Numbered from the stretch's first letter, positions 38,116-47,550 are shown. The stretch: DNA of 64,000 nt from Gemmatimonadota bacterium (GCA_039589875.1 JBDHGL010000002.1:6608-70607), one strand, 5' to 3'. Translations and numbers: made by a program. The notes: generated from the letters alone by a model not told the origin.

Positions 38116-39462
38116 TTACGAAGAGAGGCTGATTACGCCTTGCAGGTTTCTTTCGAGGACCTGGTCGGTGGTCCGCATCTCGATTTCATCGAGTATTCCA
38201 GATCGAATAGCGGCGTCGGCAACATTCGGGTCGAACTGCGTACCGCGGTTGTCGACTAGCTCTTGCTTGATCTTCTCACGCGAGAGGGCGGCGCGATAAG
38301 GCCGATCGGTGGCCATGGCGTCGATTGAGTCCGCGACCATGATTATCCGGGCACCGATAGGTATGTTCTCGCCTGCAATGCCGGTGGGATAGCCGCTTCC
38401 GTCATACCACTCGTGGTGATGCCGAATGCACTCCAGTATTTCCGAGGAGATGCTTCGTACTGATTGGACTATATCCACGCCTTTGTCTGGGTGTGCCCTT
38501 ATGAGTTCTCGCTGCTCGGGAGTCAGCGGGCCTGCTTGCCTGAGGATCTCTCCATAGGCCATATCGATCTTGCCTATGTCGTGAAGGAGCGCCCCCGTTT
38601 CGATTAGCTGAGTCAAACGTGGCCCGAGCTTTAGCTCCTCAGCCATTCTGCGAGCACGCTCTGCTACTCTGATAGAATGACCTGAAGTGTACTGATCTCT
38701 GGCCTCAATAGTCTTAACCAAAACACGAAGAAGATCTCGGTTCAGTTGCTTGAGCTGCAGGTTAACGCCGTAGCTGTAGCGAAGGCCGATTAATGGGATG
38801 ACACTGAGCAGGAGTGCCACTGGTCCCCACATCGCATAGAGAACATGCACCAAGTAGGCGAGCGGACTTATCGCGAGATCGAATACGATGATTCCGCCCG
38901 TGAGGTCCCGCCAGGTTCGGAGAAAACTCTCCTTCTGCTGAACTGAGACCACATACGACACCGCCGCCGAATTGATGCCGAAGAACACTGCGGCCGCGAG
39001 CATGAAGGCAGGGAATGAGCGGTTAAATGGCAGTACGTCTAGGCTAAACTGTCCACCGAACCACTTGTACGCTAAGCCAGCGGCACCTAAGGCTAGAACG
39101 GTTTGGGCTGTGTTGAAGGCTGCCTTATGGCTTGGCTTTCGCTGTAGCACAAACTGCTTGAACAGCATAGTGACTGTGCTCAGTCCAATCGCCCCGACTG
39201 GTCCAAGAAGAAGGAGCGAGCCCAGCTGCGGTAGGAAGTCCATCGACGTCGTGGTTCCGCCTTCTGTGATACGGAGGTCCAGCATCGAAGCAAAGACCGC
39301 CAGGCCGATGAGCGTTCCTAGTGCGATTAGCCATGGGCGGTCTATGGGAGGAGGGAGCCAAACGGCGAGCGCGGCTGTGAAGCCGGCCGCCGCCCCTACG
39401 GTGAGCAGAATCGCGATCCGTACTTTGCTAGGCAAAGACATGCGATAAGTAGAAGCCCCCAA
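38116..39462 (-). CDS. Membrane-anchored HD-GYP domain c-di-GMP phosphodiesterase (multi-TM N-terminal sensor)
   Basis: It has about 7 predicted TM helices. The HD domain is ...LHDIGKI..., followed by the HD-GYP signature HHEWYDGSGYP. GC content is about 52-55%, against about 68% for the surrounding DNA. Confidence 0.85.
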   Translation of the reverse strand: MGASTYRMSLPSKVRIAILLTVGAAAGFTAALAVWLPPPIDRPWLIALGTLIGLAVFASMLDLRITEGGTTTSMDFLPQLGSLLLLGPVGAIGLSTVTMLFKQFVLQRKPSHKAAFNTAQTVLALGAAGLAYKWFGGQFSLDVLPFNRSFPAFMLAAAVFFGINSAAVSYVVSVQQKESFLRTWRDLTGGIIVFDLAISPLAYLVHVLYAMWGPVALLLSVIPLIGLRYSYGVNLQLKQLNRDLLRVLVKTIEARDQYTSGHSIRVAERARRMAEELKLGPRLTQLIETGALLHDIGKIDMAYGEILRQAGPLTPEQRELIRAHPDKGVDIVQSVRSISSEILECIRHHHEWYDGSGYPTGIAGENIPIGARIIMVADSIDAMATDRPYRAALSREKIKQELVDNRGTQFDPNVADAAIRSGILDEIEMRTTDQVLERNLQGVISLSS

Positions 39463-39771
39463 TCCAAGCCATTTACCAGTCTAACTTACCGGCCAACAAT
39501 GCGATTAGTGCCCAGAGCTGCATTTGTAACACCTCCTTTCGTGACAAGTCGCAACCGTTCCGCTAAGAGGTTGCGCTTCGTCTCCGCTCGGAGGATTCGC
39601 TCAGCTCCCGGTGCTGGTAGCCAGAATTGGGGGCGTTCGCTACTCCGTTTTCAGCAGTATATGCCTATCAGCCTTCTCCTATCTTAGCGCTGTCGGTCGA
39701 AAGGCCTCTTAAGAGAGGATTCCGTAACCGTCGGCGCAAGGCAAACTGCGATGCTGTTGGCGCAGAAAGCC

Positions 39772-40497
39772 TTAGCGGGACGCCCCAACCCACCGGTTGG
39801 TGGCATCCAGGCAGGCCAGTATCGCCGCTTCCTCTAACGAATCATGCACGCGACTGGCTCCGGGCAGCGTTGTGGAACGCCGACCAGCGAACGCTCTAAC
39901 TAGGGCGATCACCAGCGGTTGCCCGGCCACCTGCGTACTCGAAACGTCCGAGATCACGAACCGCACCGTGGAGGCATGTGCATTCTCCAGGGCCCGGAGC
40001 ACGGCGTTGGCCGCCACTTCGAGGCGTACAGTTGCATAGTCTGCGCCTTCCGCCTCGCCGACATGTACGGATTCCCCTCGTCTGAGCTCAACGCGGCATA
40101 CCGCTTGGCCGCCTCTGCGCTCGACGTCGAACGTCTCTAAAAGGATATCCCGGCCCGCTTTCGCGGCGCTTGCGGCCGCCGGCGCCGCCGGGACGGGCTC
40201 AGGGACTTCTGCCCGAGGGATATCGGGCATCTGAACCTGAGCGACAGATATCTTTCGGTGGTCGATCTCGACGCTGAACTCGGCCATGAGGGCCGATTCG
40301 ATGTTTCGGACGATCTGCTTGGCTCCGAGCGTCGAGCTCGAAAGCACGTGAATCTCCTCGATCCCTCCGATGCCATCCGGGACGAGCTTGATGGAGTCGA
40401 CGCCCTCCAACCCCGTTAGAAGCTGCTCGATGCGGCGGAGGCCCCACGGATCCAGGCCGGTCACTTCGTCTCGAGCCTCAGGGCCATCAGGTGTCAT
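39772..40497 (-). CDS. Hypothetical protein with two tandem domains of about 100 aa, co-transcribed with the GGDEF gene
   Basis: Its start overlaps the stop of the upstream GGDEF gene by 4 nt. Internal duplication is visible (...IKLVPDGIGGIEEIHVLSS... against ...RVELRRGESVHVGEAEGADYATVRLEV...). No motif recognised. Confidence 0.5.
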   Translation of the reverse strand: MTPDGPEARDEVTGLDPWGLRRIEQLLTGLEGVDSIKLVPDGIGGIEEIHVLSSSTLGAKQIVRNIESALMAEFSVEIDHRKISVAQVQMPDIPRAEVPEPVPAAPAAASAAKAGRDILLETFDVERRGGQAVCRVELRRGESVHVGEAEGADYATVRLEVAANAVLRALENAHASTVRFVISDVSSTQVAGQPLVIALVRAFAGRRSTTLPGASRVHDSLEEAAILACLDATNRWVGASR

Positions 40498-42302
40498 CGA
40501 GCGTACTCCCCTTTTCGAACGGGATGGATGCGGTTGCCTCCGTGCGCCTTGGCGATATACACGGCGGCATCGGCTTCGGCCAGGAGGTCGTCTCCCGTGA
40601 GAATGGCGTCTCGGGCGCCGGTATGGAAGGCGATTCCGACACTTACAGTAACTCGAACGTGGCCGTCCGGCACGGCGATGGCGATCCGTCCGACCCGCTC
40701 TCGGATCTCCTCTGCGACACGTTCCACGCCCTCGAGTTCTGCGTTGACCAGCAGGACGACGAACTCATCGCCGCCGAAGCGCGCGGCGACGTCCGTTGTA
40801 CGGATGCTCTCACGAATCGCTTCCGCCACGGCCCGTAGCACGTCGTTGCCGACCTGGTGTCCATGCCTGTCGTTGGCCTCCTTGAAACCGTCCAGGTCCA
40901 GGAAGAGCATCGCGAGCGTGGCCTCGGTGCGGTTCGCCCGGGCCACTTCCTGGTGAAGCCGCTCCTCCAGCGCTCGAAAGCTGTATAGATCGGTGAGCGC
41001 ATCATGAGCCGCGTCGCGGGCCATCCTCTGGTACTGGCCGATCATGTAGTAGGGGCAGATTGTGAGACTCGCTCTCTCCCGCGCTGCGGCCTCGGCGAAT
41101 GATCGGCAGGTCAAATGACCGCACGCTCCGCAGTCCCAGGGCTCCCCTCCGGGCGCGGTGCCGATTTCGCTCAGCACAGCCTGAACATCGGCCTCCTGAA
41201 CCGGCGCGGGTCGCTCCCGGGCTTCGTAGCTGGTCGATAGGTCGAGTGCTTCTGGACGAACGATCACCGGGCTGTCGGATTTGCTTCCCTCCGAGAGCTT
41301 AGCGAGCTGCCGTCGCCAGAACAGCTCGTCGCGTGGACCCAGCGCCGGATGATCGAGGGCCCCCTCGAAGGGCAGGATGTCCACAAACCCCAAAACCTTA
41401 CCTTCCTGCACGGCCCACGAGACGGCTTCTAGCGAATGCAAGCCTCTGAGCTTCATGAATCCGCGCGAAGAGAGCCGCAATTCATCCAGCATCTCTCGTG
41501 GCAACCCTCCGGGGAACGAGAGATGACGTCGCCGCTCGGGTGGAATCGATCTCAGGGTGACCGGCTGGTCGGCTGGACGAGCTTCCCGCTTCTCGAACAG
41601 CTCATCGAGCTCGACCAGCGATAGGGAGGCGTCGACTCCGTTGCGGCCCTCCGGACCGGCCGAATGGACGCCGGCGTAGACGATGCTGGCTTCGCCGAGC
41701 GTGTGCCGGAGATAGCGCGCGAGAGCGACGGTCGGCGTGACCACTGGAACCAGGTAGGGAACGAGATTCGGGTATTTGGCCCGGATGAAATCGACCACGA
41801 TCGGACTGGTCGATCGAATCCAGGTGCCCTGCTCCTCCGCTTGCCAGATGCGGAGGTACTCGGCGGCCACTAGCTCATCGCCCAACGATTCGAAGAAAAC
41901 AGCGCGGAATCCAGCGGCCAGGCAGGCGTTGACGAGCTGCTCCGGCGTGGCCGGGTAAAACCGTACGACCACTTCGGAGGGGAGGACCAGTAGCGTGTCG
42001 CTCGCCTCGAGCGACTGGAGCGCGCCGCCAAGGTCTCCAAGCACGTCGATCGCCGCGTGCGGGCAGGCCGGCACGCAGAAACCGCACTCGGTACACGTGG
42101 TGTTTACGATCTCAAGCTCGCCGCCCCGTACCGAGATGGCCTCGACGGGACAGACACGGACGCACGCCATGCAGGCGACGCACCGATCGTTTATGGAAAG
42201 GCTAAGGCTCACTGCGTCCAGTACCGCTCTCGTCTCACGCTGGGCTCTGCCGGCACACCAAGACCTACTTGCTCGGCGTGGCAGCCCGCATCTCAGAGGC
42301 AC
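40494..42302 (-). CDS. Multidomain signalling protein: 2x[4Fe-4S] ferredoxin-type dicluster, degenerate [FeFe]-hydrogenase large-subunit-like domain, and GGDEF diguanylate cyclase
   Basis: Two C-x2-C-x2-C-x3-CP motifs (CVACMACVRVCP and CTECGFCVPACP). The central domain resembles Fe_hyd_lg_C but lacks the H-cluster Cys pair (TSPIVVDF where TSCCPGWV would be), while keeping a C-terminal CGACGHLTC. The C-terminal GGDEF domain has RFGGDEF and ...DLDGFKEANDRHGH. Confidence 0.75.
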   Translation of the reverse strand: MPLRCGLPRRASRSWCAGRAQRETRAVLDAVSLSLSINDRCVACMACVRVCPVEAISVRGGELEIVNTTCTECGFCVPACPHAAIDVLGDLGGALQSLEASDTLLVLPSEVVVRFYPATPEQLVNACLAAGFRAVFFESLGDELVAAEYLRIWQAEEQGTWIRSTSPIVVDFIRAKYPNLVPYLVPVVTPTVALARYLRHTLGEASIVYAGVHSAGPEGRNGVDASLSLVELDELFEKREARPADQPVTLRSIPPERRRHLSFPGGLPREMLDELRLSSRGFMKLRGLHSLEAVSWAVQEGKVLGFVDILPFEGALDHPALGPRDELFWRRQLAKLSEGSKSDSPVIVRPEALDLSTSYEARERPAPVQEADVQAVLSEIGTAPGGEPWDCGACGHLTCRSFAEAAARERASLTICPYYMIGQYQRMARDAAHDALTDLYSFRALEERLHQEVARANRTEATLAMLFLDLDGFKEANDRHGHQVGNDVLRAVAEAIRESIRTTDVAARFGGDEFVVLLVNAELEGVERVAEEIRERVGRIAIAVPDGHVRVTVSVGIAFHTGARDAILTGDDLLAEADAAVYIAKAHGGNRIHPVRKGEYAR

Positions 42303-42589
42303 CGCTACAAGAAGCAGGCCCTCGACAATGCTCTTCGGCAGCGCCTGGCGCCAGGTCTCTCAACACTCTGTGCAGCAATATGTTATGCAGGAGGTGCCGT
42401 CTTGATTGGTGTCAGCGGCTACGACGGTGCTTCGAGCCCCGCTGGCATCTGTGGCGAGGTTTCTACGCCAGCGTTGGCGTTTCGGGTCGCGTCGTCCCGC
42501 CAAACGACTACACGCCGCCACAATTCATGATCTGTAATACGGTTACAGCGCTGCAAGCTGCGCTTCGCTGCTACCCTGCTACCCTGCCA

Positions 42590-43267
42590 TCAAGCAGTGA
42601 TTTCCTCGACGCATTTGGCATCATCGTTCGCTGTCCGGTTCACGTGGTCGGAGACCGGAACAGCAACGAGCGCGTTTGCAGGCGCCGGTTGGAAAAGGTG
42701 CGCCAGCTGCTGCTGCCGCCGGATACCCGGGTCGAGCCAGAGCCCATAGGAGTCGTCGGGCACGATCACGGGCATACGGTCGTGCAGCGGGCCGACCAGT
42801 TCGTTCGCCCTCGTGGTCAGCACCGTGACCGACTCGACCGTCCGTCCGGCGCGCTCCCAGTGCTCCCACAGGCCGGCAAACGCAAACGGGGCCCCGTCGG
42901 GCCGGCGAAGGTAAAAGGGCATGCTGCGGCCGGCTTCACGCTTCCACTCATAAAACCCGTCCGCGATGACCAGACAACGGCGATCGGCGAGCGCCTCCTT
43001 GAAGGCCGGCTTGACATGGACCGTTTCGGTCCGGGCGTTGATGAGCAATGGCCAGTCGGATGGGTCATCCACCCAGTACGGCAGAAGACCCCACCGATAG
43101 AGCTTCAGTTCTCGCCCGCCTCGGTGATCGTCGAAGCGGATGGCTGGAATCTCTTGCGTGGGGGCGACATTGAAGCGTGGCGCCGAAAGATCGGCATCCA
43201 GGTAGTCGACCTCGAACAGCCTGGCCACCTCCGCCGCCTGTGTGGTGAGGGTGAAGCGACCGCACAT
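42590..43267 (-). CDS. SOS-response-associated peptidase (SRAP/YedK family, abasic-site DNA-protein crosslink)
   Basis: The N-terminal MCGRF holds the catalytic Cys2. Other motifs: ...FNVAPTQ..., ...RWGLLPYW..., ...INARTET... Confidence 0.85.
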   Translation of the reverse strand: MCGRFTLTTQAAEVARLFEVDYLDADLSAPRFNVAPTQEIPAIRFDDHRGGRELKLYRWGLLPYWVDDPSDWPLLINARTETVHVKPAFKEALADRRCLVIADGFYEWKREAGRSMPFYLRRPDGAPFAFAGLWEHWERAGRTVESVTVLTTRANELVGPLHDRMPVIVPDDSYGLWLDPGIRRQQQLAHLFQPAPANALVAVPVSDHVNRTANDDAKCVEEITA

Positions 43268-43269
43268 CC

Positions 43270-45042
43270 TCAGGACTCTCCGGAGACGCCCGCGGCAGCC
43301 TCTATCTCCAGCACCGTGGAACGAAGGCCATCAACGGTGGTGAGGTACACTACGTTGCTATCGACGCCGGTCGATTCGGGTCCAACGGACGCGCCGGCGT
43401 AGACTCTCACGCCGGCGGGAATGTCGCAGAAGACGAAGCTCCCTTGCTCATCCGTCACGGTCTTGAATCGACGTGCGGACTCGAGCGCCTGTGATTCCAC
43501 TTCGATCGAGGCAGCGAGAAGAGCCAGAATCTGAGTGGAAACGTGTACCGTCACCCCCGCGGCGGGGCCACCGCTGCCGGCATCGGTCACGGTCCCGACA
43601 AGGACGCTTTCGGGCGAGACGTCCTCGTCTCGGCAGAGAGCGGGCATCAGCACGCGCGGTGGAGGTACGGCCAGATCCGCCTCAGCTACGGTCCCTTCCG
43701 GGATCGTGGCTTTCTGGAGAACCGAGCCGAGCCGTAGGGCCGTCGTCTTCCGGTGCGAGAAGGTGATGTAGAATTCGCCCGCCGGTACATCGCTCATCAC
43801 GTACCGGCCATCGTAGTCCGAGGTGGCCTGATGGTTCGTGCCCAACAACGAGACGGTGGCTCCTGACAGCGGCGCGTTCACCGTGCTGTCGAAGACGAGC
43901 CCCTGCAGCGCTCCACGACCCGGTCTCGTACGGCTGACTCCCAGGGTGACGTTGCCGCTCGGATCCGCAACGACCAATACCTCGCCGCCCTCCTCCAGCA
44001 CCGCCGCCAGCCGATGTTCTCTTCGCATCTCCTGTCGGCGTGCGGGACCGGGCGGCCCCACGTTCTCCCATCGGGCGAGGGACTCGACGACGGGCATCCG
44101 GATGTACCAGTTGTCGACGATCCAAGCACCGCTCGGAAGCATCCGGAATTGCACGCGTCCTCCGACCCGGTCGGATTGGAAGCCGCCGGGCAGGTTCTCG
44201 TAGCCATACTCGATGAACTGCAGTTGGGCGTCGGCACGATTCAGCCACAGGACTCCACGAACATCGGCCCTATCGTCCCGGAGTAGCGGTTCGAAAAGCA
44301 TGCCGACCAGTCCTTCGGTCTCGCCATCACCGTCCACGACCCGAAAACAGTGGTCATCGATGAATCGGTCGGAAAGAAGCACGTGCGCGTCCGGCGCGTA
44401 GTACTCGTCGATCTCCTTCGAGAGGCTACGGACGTAGCCCAGGGACGCGAGCTCCTCCACCGGAAGCGCCCGAAACGGGTTAGTCGAGAGGCCACTCAGG
44501 ATCTCCGCCTCCTCCTCCAGAACTCGGAGGGTCTCTGGATCGAGCGTGCTCCGATGCATCCGGGTCGTGAAGCGGAATGTGCTCTGTTCTTCAGTCCAGG
44601 CCGCTGCCATGAGCGCCTTTCGCGCCTCCTCCCAGACGCGCGCGGCGCGCAGCCCTTCAGCGGGCCGGATTTCACACTGCCGCTCGCTCTCCACGCTCAG
44701 GGCGTCCAAGTGGATCGGCCGCACCGGCATCGTGAGACGGTACTCGATCGTTTGGCCGTCTTCTACGGACAGCCCGCGTGTCGAGAAGCTCTCGTATCCG
44801 ATCCGCTCGGCACGGATGGTGTAGCGGCCCGGTCCAGGTGCCTGAAGGATGAAGCGACCGGCGTGGTTGGTGAGAGCGGCCGCGACGTCGGTTCCGCTCT
44901 CGTCCAGTAGCACGAGAAAGGCTGCGTCGATCGGCGAGCCGACGCTCTCTTCTAGAAGCTCGCCACGGATGGTCTGTGCCGAGATCGGTCCAGCGGTCCC
45001 GAGGACGCCGAGCAGACAGCTGGCGAGCGTCGCAAGGCGCAC
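43270..45042 (-). CDS. Secreted CarboxypepD_reg-like domain protein, tandem paralog A
   Basis: Signal peptide MRLATLASCLLGVLGTAGPISA. Three carboxypeptidase-regulatory-like beta-sandwich segments (...GRFILQAPGPGRYTIRAERIGY..., ...SDYDGRYVMSDVPAGEFYITF..., ...TDEQGSFVFCDIPAG...). A roughly 250-aa central region is unassigned. Confidence 0.65.
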   Translation of the reverse strand: MRLATLASCLLGVLGTAGPISAQTIRGELLEESVGSPIDAAFLVLLDESGTDVAAALTNHAGRFILQAPGPGRYTIRAERIGYESFSTRGLSVEDGQTIEYRLTMPVRPIHLDALSVESERQCEIRPAEGLRAARVWEEARKALMAAAWTEEQSTFRFTTRMHRSTLDPETLRVLEEEAEILSGLSTNPFRALPVEELASLGYVRSLSKEIDEYYAPDAHVLLSDRFIDDHCFRVVDGDGETEGLVGMLFEPLLRDDRADVRGVLWLNRADAQLQFIEYGYENLPGGFQSDRVGGRVQFRMLPSGAWIVDNWYIRMPVVESLARWENVGPPGPARRQEMRREHRLAAVLEEGGEVLVVADPSGNVTLGVSRTRPGRGALQGLVFDSTVNAPLSGATVSLLGTNHQATSDYDGRYVMSDVPAGEFYITFSHRKTTALRLGSVLQKATIPEGTVAEADLAVPPPRVLMPALCRDEDVSPESVLVGTVTDAGSGGPAAGVTVHVSTQILALLAASIEVESQALESARRFKTVTDEQGSFVFCDIPAGVRVYAGASVGPESTGVDSNVVYLTTVDGLRSTVLEIEAAAGVSGES

Positions 45043-45045
45043 CAG

Positions 45046-46845
45046 CTACTGACCTCTCCGGTCTTTGGCCGAGAGCGCAATCTCCAGGAAGGCCTCGTGG
45101 ATCGCGTCCGCGGCCACTGAAAAGTGGATTACCGGGCTTTCGCTCGCCTGCTCACCGACCACAACCGTTGCTGCCGCCGAGAGTTCGGTGTCGAGCGGCA
45201 CGTTGCAGATGATGAAGCCGCCGTCGTGGTCGGTGACCGTCTCGAACCTGCCGTCCGCGGCGTCGTGCGAGACGGCCACCGTTGCTCCCTGCAGAGGGTC
45301 GCCCGAGATCGCGTCGGTGACGAGGCCCACCACGATCCCGCGTTGCTCGCTCTGTCGTGGACAGAGTGCCGGAGCAAGCCGGCGAGCCGGCGGGATCGCC
45401 AAGTTGACCGTAGCCACTTGATCCGGGCGGATTCGGACCGGCCGCAGCGCCGAACCGAGGCGTAGCATGCCCACTCTCGGGTGCGCGATCGTGACGAAGA
45501 AGTCACCGGCCGGCACGTACCGCATGGAATAGCGGCCCGCCGCATCGGTCGTCGTTCGATGGTTCGTGCCGAGAAGCGTGACCGTCGCATAGGAGAGGGG
45601 TGCGTTGCGCGTGCTGTCGATCACGACTCCGCCCAGCGAGCCCCTCCCGTTCAGGCCGAATTGCTGCCCTCCGGGCTCGAAGTCGGAGATCTCGAGCACG
45701 GCGCCCCCCTCTTCCTTGATGGCCACCAGCTTCCGCTTCTGGCGGAGCTCGCTCAGGCCGCCAGTACCGGAGTCCGGAGCCCGTTCGAAGGTGGTCTCCG
45801 TGATCGGCATTCGGATATACCAGTCGTCGACGACCCAGGCGCCGCCCGGCAAAAGCCGGAATTCGAGGCGGCCACCCAGTTTGTCTGATCCGCGGATGTC
45901 GGCGGGCAGGTTCTCGTACCGGTATTCGACGAACCGGAGATGGGCGGTGCGCGCGCTGAGCCAGAGAACGCCGCTTACCTCGGTCTTATCACTCTCCGCG
46001 GCCGGCTCGAACTCCAGGCCGATCATGCCGGTCTTGTTACCCTTTCCTTCGACGATCTTGAAGCAGTGGTCATCTAGAAAAACGTCCGAGAGGAGCGCTT
46101 CTGCATCAGGTGCGTAGTATTCGGTCGCGCTGGCGCCTTCGAGCCGACGGGCGTAGCCAACGTCGGCAAGCTCTTCTGCGGTCAGCGCCCTGAATGGGTT
46201 GGCAGCCAGGCCGGTCAGCACCTCCGCCCGCTCCTCGAGTATCTGGAGGTTTCGAGGATCGAGCAGCCGATCCCACAGCTGCGTCGTAAAACGGAAGTTC
46301 AACTCCTGCTCGGTCCACACGGCTGCTGTCAGCGCCTTGCGCGCCTCATCCCAAACGGACGCGACGCGCTGTCCCTCCGCTTGACGGAGTTCGCACTGCC
46401 GCTCTCCCTCCACGCTTAGATCGGCCAGTTGGATCGGGCGCACCGGCATCGTCATCTGGTAATCGAGCATCTGCCCGACGGCGAGCTCGAGAGCGGGCGA
46501 TGCGAAGCTTTCGTAGCCGATTCGTTCCGCGTTCAGCCGATACGAGCCGGGACCCGGGGCGTGAAGAACGAACCGTCCGACATCGTTGGTCAGCATCGCC
46601 GCCACCTGCTCGCCGGCCTCATCGAGCAGAACAACGAACGCTCCTTCGATCGGCGCCTCGAGTGTTTCCTCGATCAGTTCACCGCGAACTGTTTGGGAAC
46701 TGAGGGTTCCGAGCGGTGCAAGGATGGCGAGAAAGAGACAAGCGGCCAGACGGGTGCCTTGGCATCGGAGTCGTCCGACTCCGATGCGCCTGCTACGAGT
46801 TTCTGACTTCGCGGAAGCTTCCGCTGTGATGTTCGTTCTTGGCAT
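45046..46845 (-). CDS. Secreted CarboxypepD_reg-like domain protein, tandem paralog B
   Basis: From the ATG at 46845: MPRTNITAEAS...LAACLFLAILAPLGTLSSQ. Over the first roughly 200 aligned residues it is about 55-60% identical to paralog A by eye (TVRGELIEETLEAPIEGAFVVLLDEAGEQVAAMLTNDVGRFVLHAPGPGSYRLNAERIGYESF...). The ORF-track 5' extension to 47202 was rejected. Confidence 0.65.
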   Translation of the reverse strand: MPRTNITAEASAKSETRSRRIGVGRLRCQGTRLAACLFLAILAPLGTLSSQTVRGELIEETLEAPIEGAFVVLLDEAGEQVAAMLTNDVGRFVLHAPGPGSYRLNAERIGYESFASPALELAVGQMLDYQMTMPVRPIQLADLSVEGERQCELRQAEGQRVASVWDEARKALTAAVWTEQELNFRFTTQLWDRLLDPRNLQILEERAEVLTGLAANPFRALTAEELADVGYARRLEGASATEYYAPDAEALLSDVFLDDHCFKIVEGKGNKTGMIGLEFEPAAESDKTEVSGVLWLSARTAHLRFVEYRYENLPADIRGSDKLGGRLEFRLLPGGAWVVDDWYIRMPITETTFERAPDSGTGGLSELRQKRKLVAIKEEGGAVLEISDFEPGGQQFGLNGRGSLGGVVIDSTRNAPLSYATVTLLGTNHRTTTDAAGRYSMRYVPAGDFFVTIAHPRVGMLRLGSALRPVRIRPDQVATVNLAIPPARRLAPALCPRQSEQRGIVVGLVTDAISGDPLQGATVAVSHDAADGRFETVTDHDGGFIICNVPLDTELSAAATVVVGEQASESPVIHFSVAADAIHEAFLEIALSAKDRRGQ

Positions 46846-47309
46846 GCACTCCACCCCACTCCGATCCGCCGCACGATCGGGACCACGGTGGCAACTTAAG
46901 GCCGCGCGAGTGGACGCGCTGCGCGGGGTTGCCATACCCTCAGCCGGGCCAGAGAATGCCTCGGGCTCGTGCGATGGATCGACCGAAGTGCGGAGTGACA
47001 TGCCGGGAAGCTCTTCGATGCTCAAGAAGCTGCTGTTCCGCCTCGACGGTGCGGCGGACAGCAAGAAGGTGAGGTTCACGAGCGCGGCCGGGACGCGCTG
47101 GATGGCCGAAATTTGCCTGCATTCGGGGACGAACGCCCAGTCGCCCCGTTTGATGATTCTCTTCCGCGACCAGGATGAGCCCACCCGGCCGCAGCGGTAC
47201 ACCCTGGCGCCGCCCTGGGCATCGAAGGTGCCCGCGGAGGCCGCCGAGGAGCTGGACGAGGATCAGTTGAGAGAGTTGCTCGCCGGGTCGGTCAAGGCCT
47301 GAGGTCATC

Positions 47310-47546
47310 ATGCGCAGGACTTTCCTCGACGAGAACCTCCTGGAATGGGAGGCGTACGTGTCGGGCGGCCAGCCGGGAACGCTTGCTGCTGCCCGCATTT
47401 TTTTCAACTGCCTGACCGACCGCACCCGCCGACCGCTGTTCGTGCCACACGAGAGCCGGGATGTTGCTGCGGCCCAACGCGCGCTCGCGGGGCTCGAGAT
47501 CAACGAGCTGCAGGTCATGCTGGAGCAGGCTCAGCCTCTTACCTGA
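47310..47546 (+). CDS. Small hypothetical protein (78 aa) immediately upstream of tdk
   Basis: Non-Arg-skewed composition (MRRTFLDENLLEWEAYVSGGQPGTLAAARIFFNCLTD...). Its stop lies 4 nt before the tdk start. Confidence 0.4.
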   Translation: MRRTFLDENLLEWEAYVSGGQPGTLAAARIFFNCLTDRTRRPLFVPHESRDVAAAQRALAGLEINELQVMLEQAQPLT

Positions 47547-47550
47547 CGGA

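Noticed and set aside
42269-43402. 377-aa plus-strand ORF
   Set aside because: It spans an intergenic region and is antisense to the SRAP gene, with no motif.
45046-47202. Full 718-aa version of paralog B
   Set aside because: The first 119 residues are Arg/Ser-rich and precede a clear signal peptide that begins at the ATG at 46845. The truncated version matches the length and start of paralog A.
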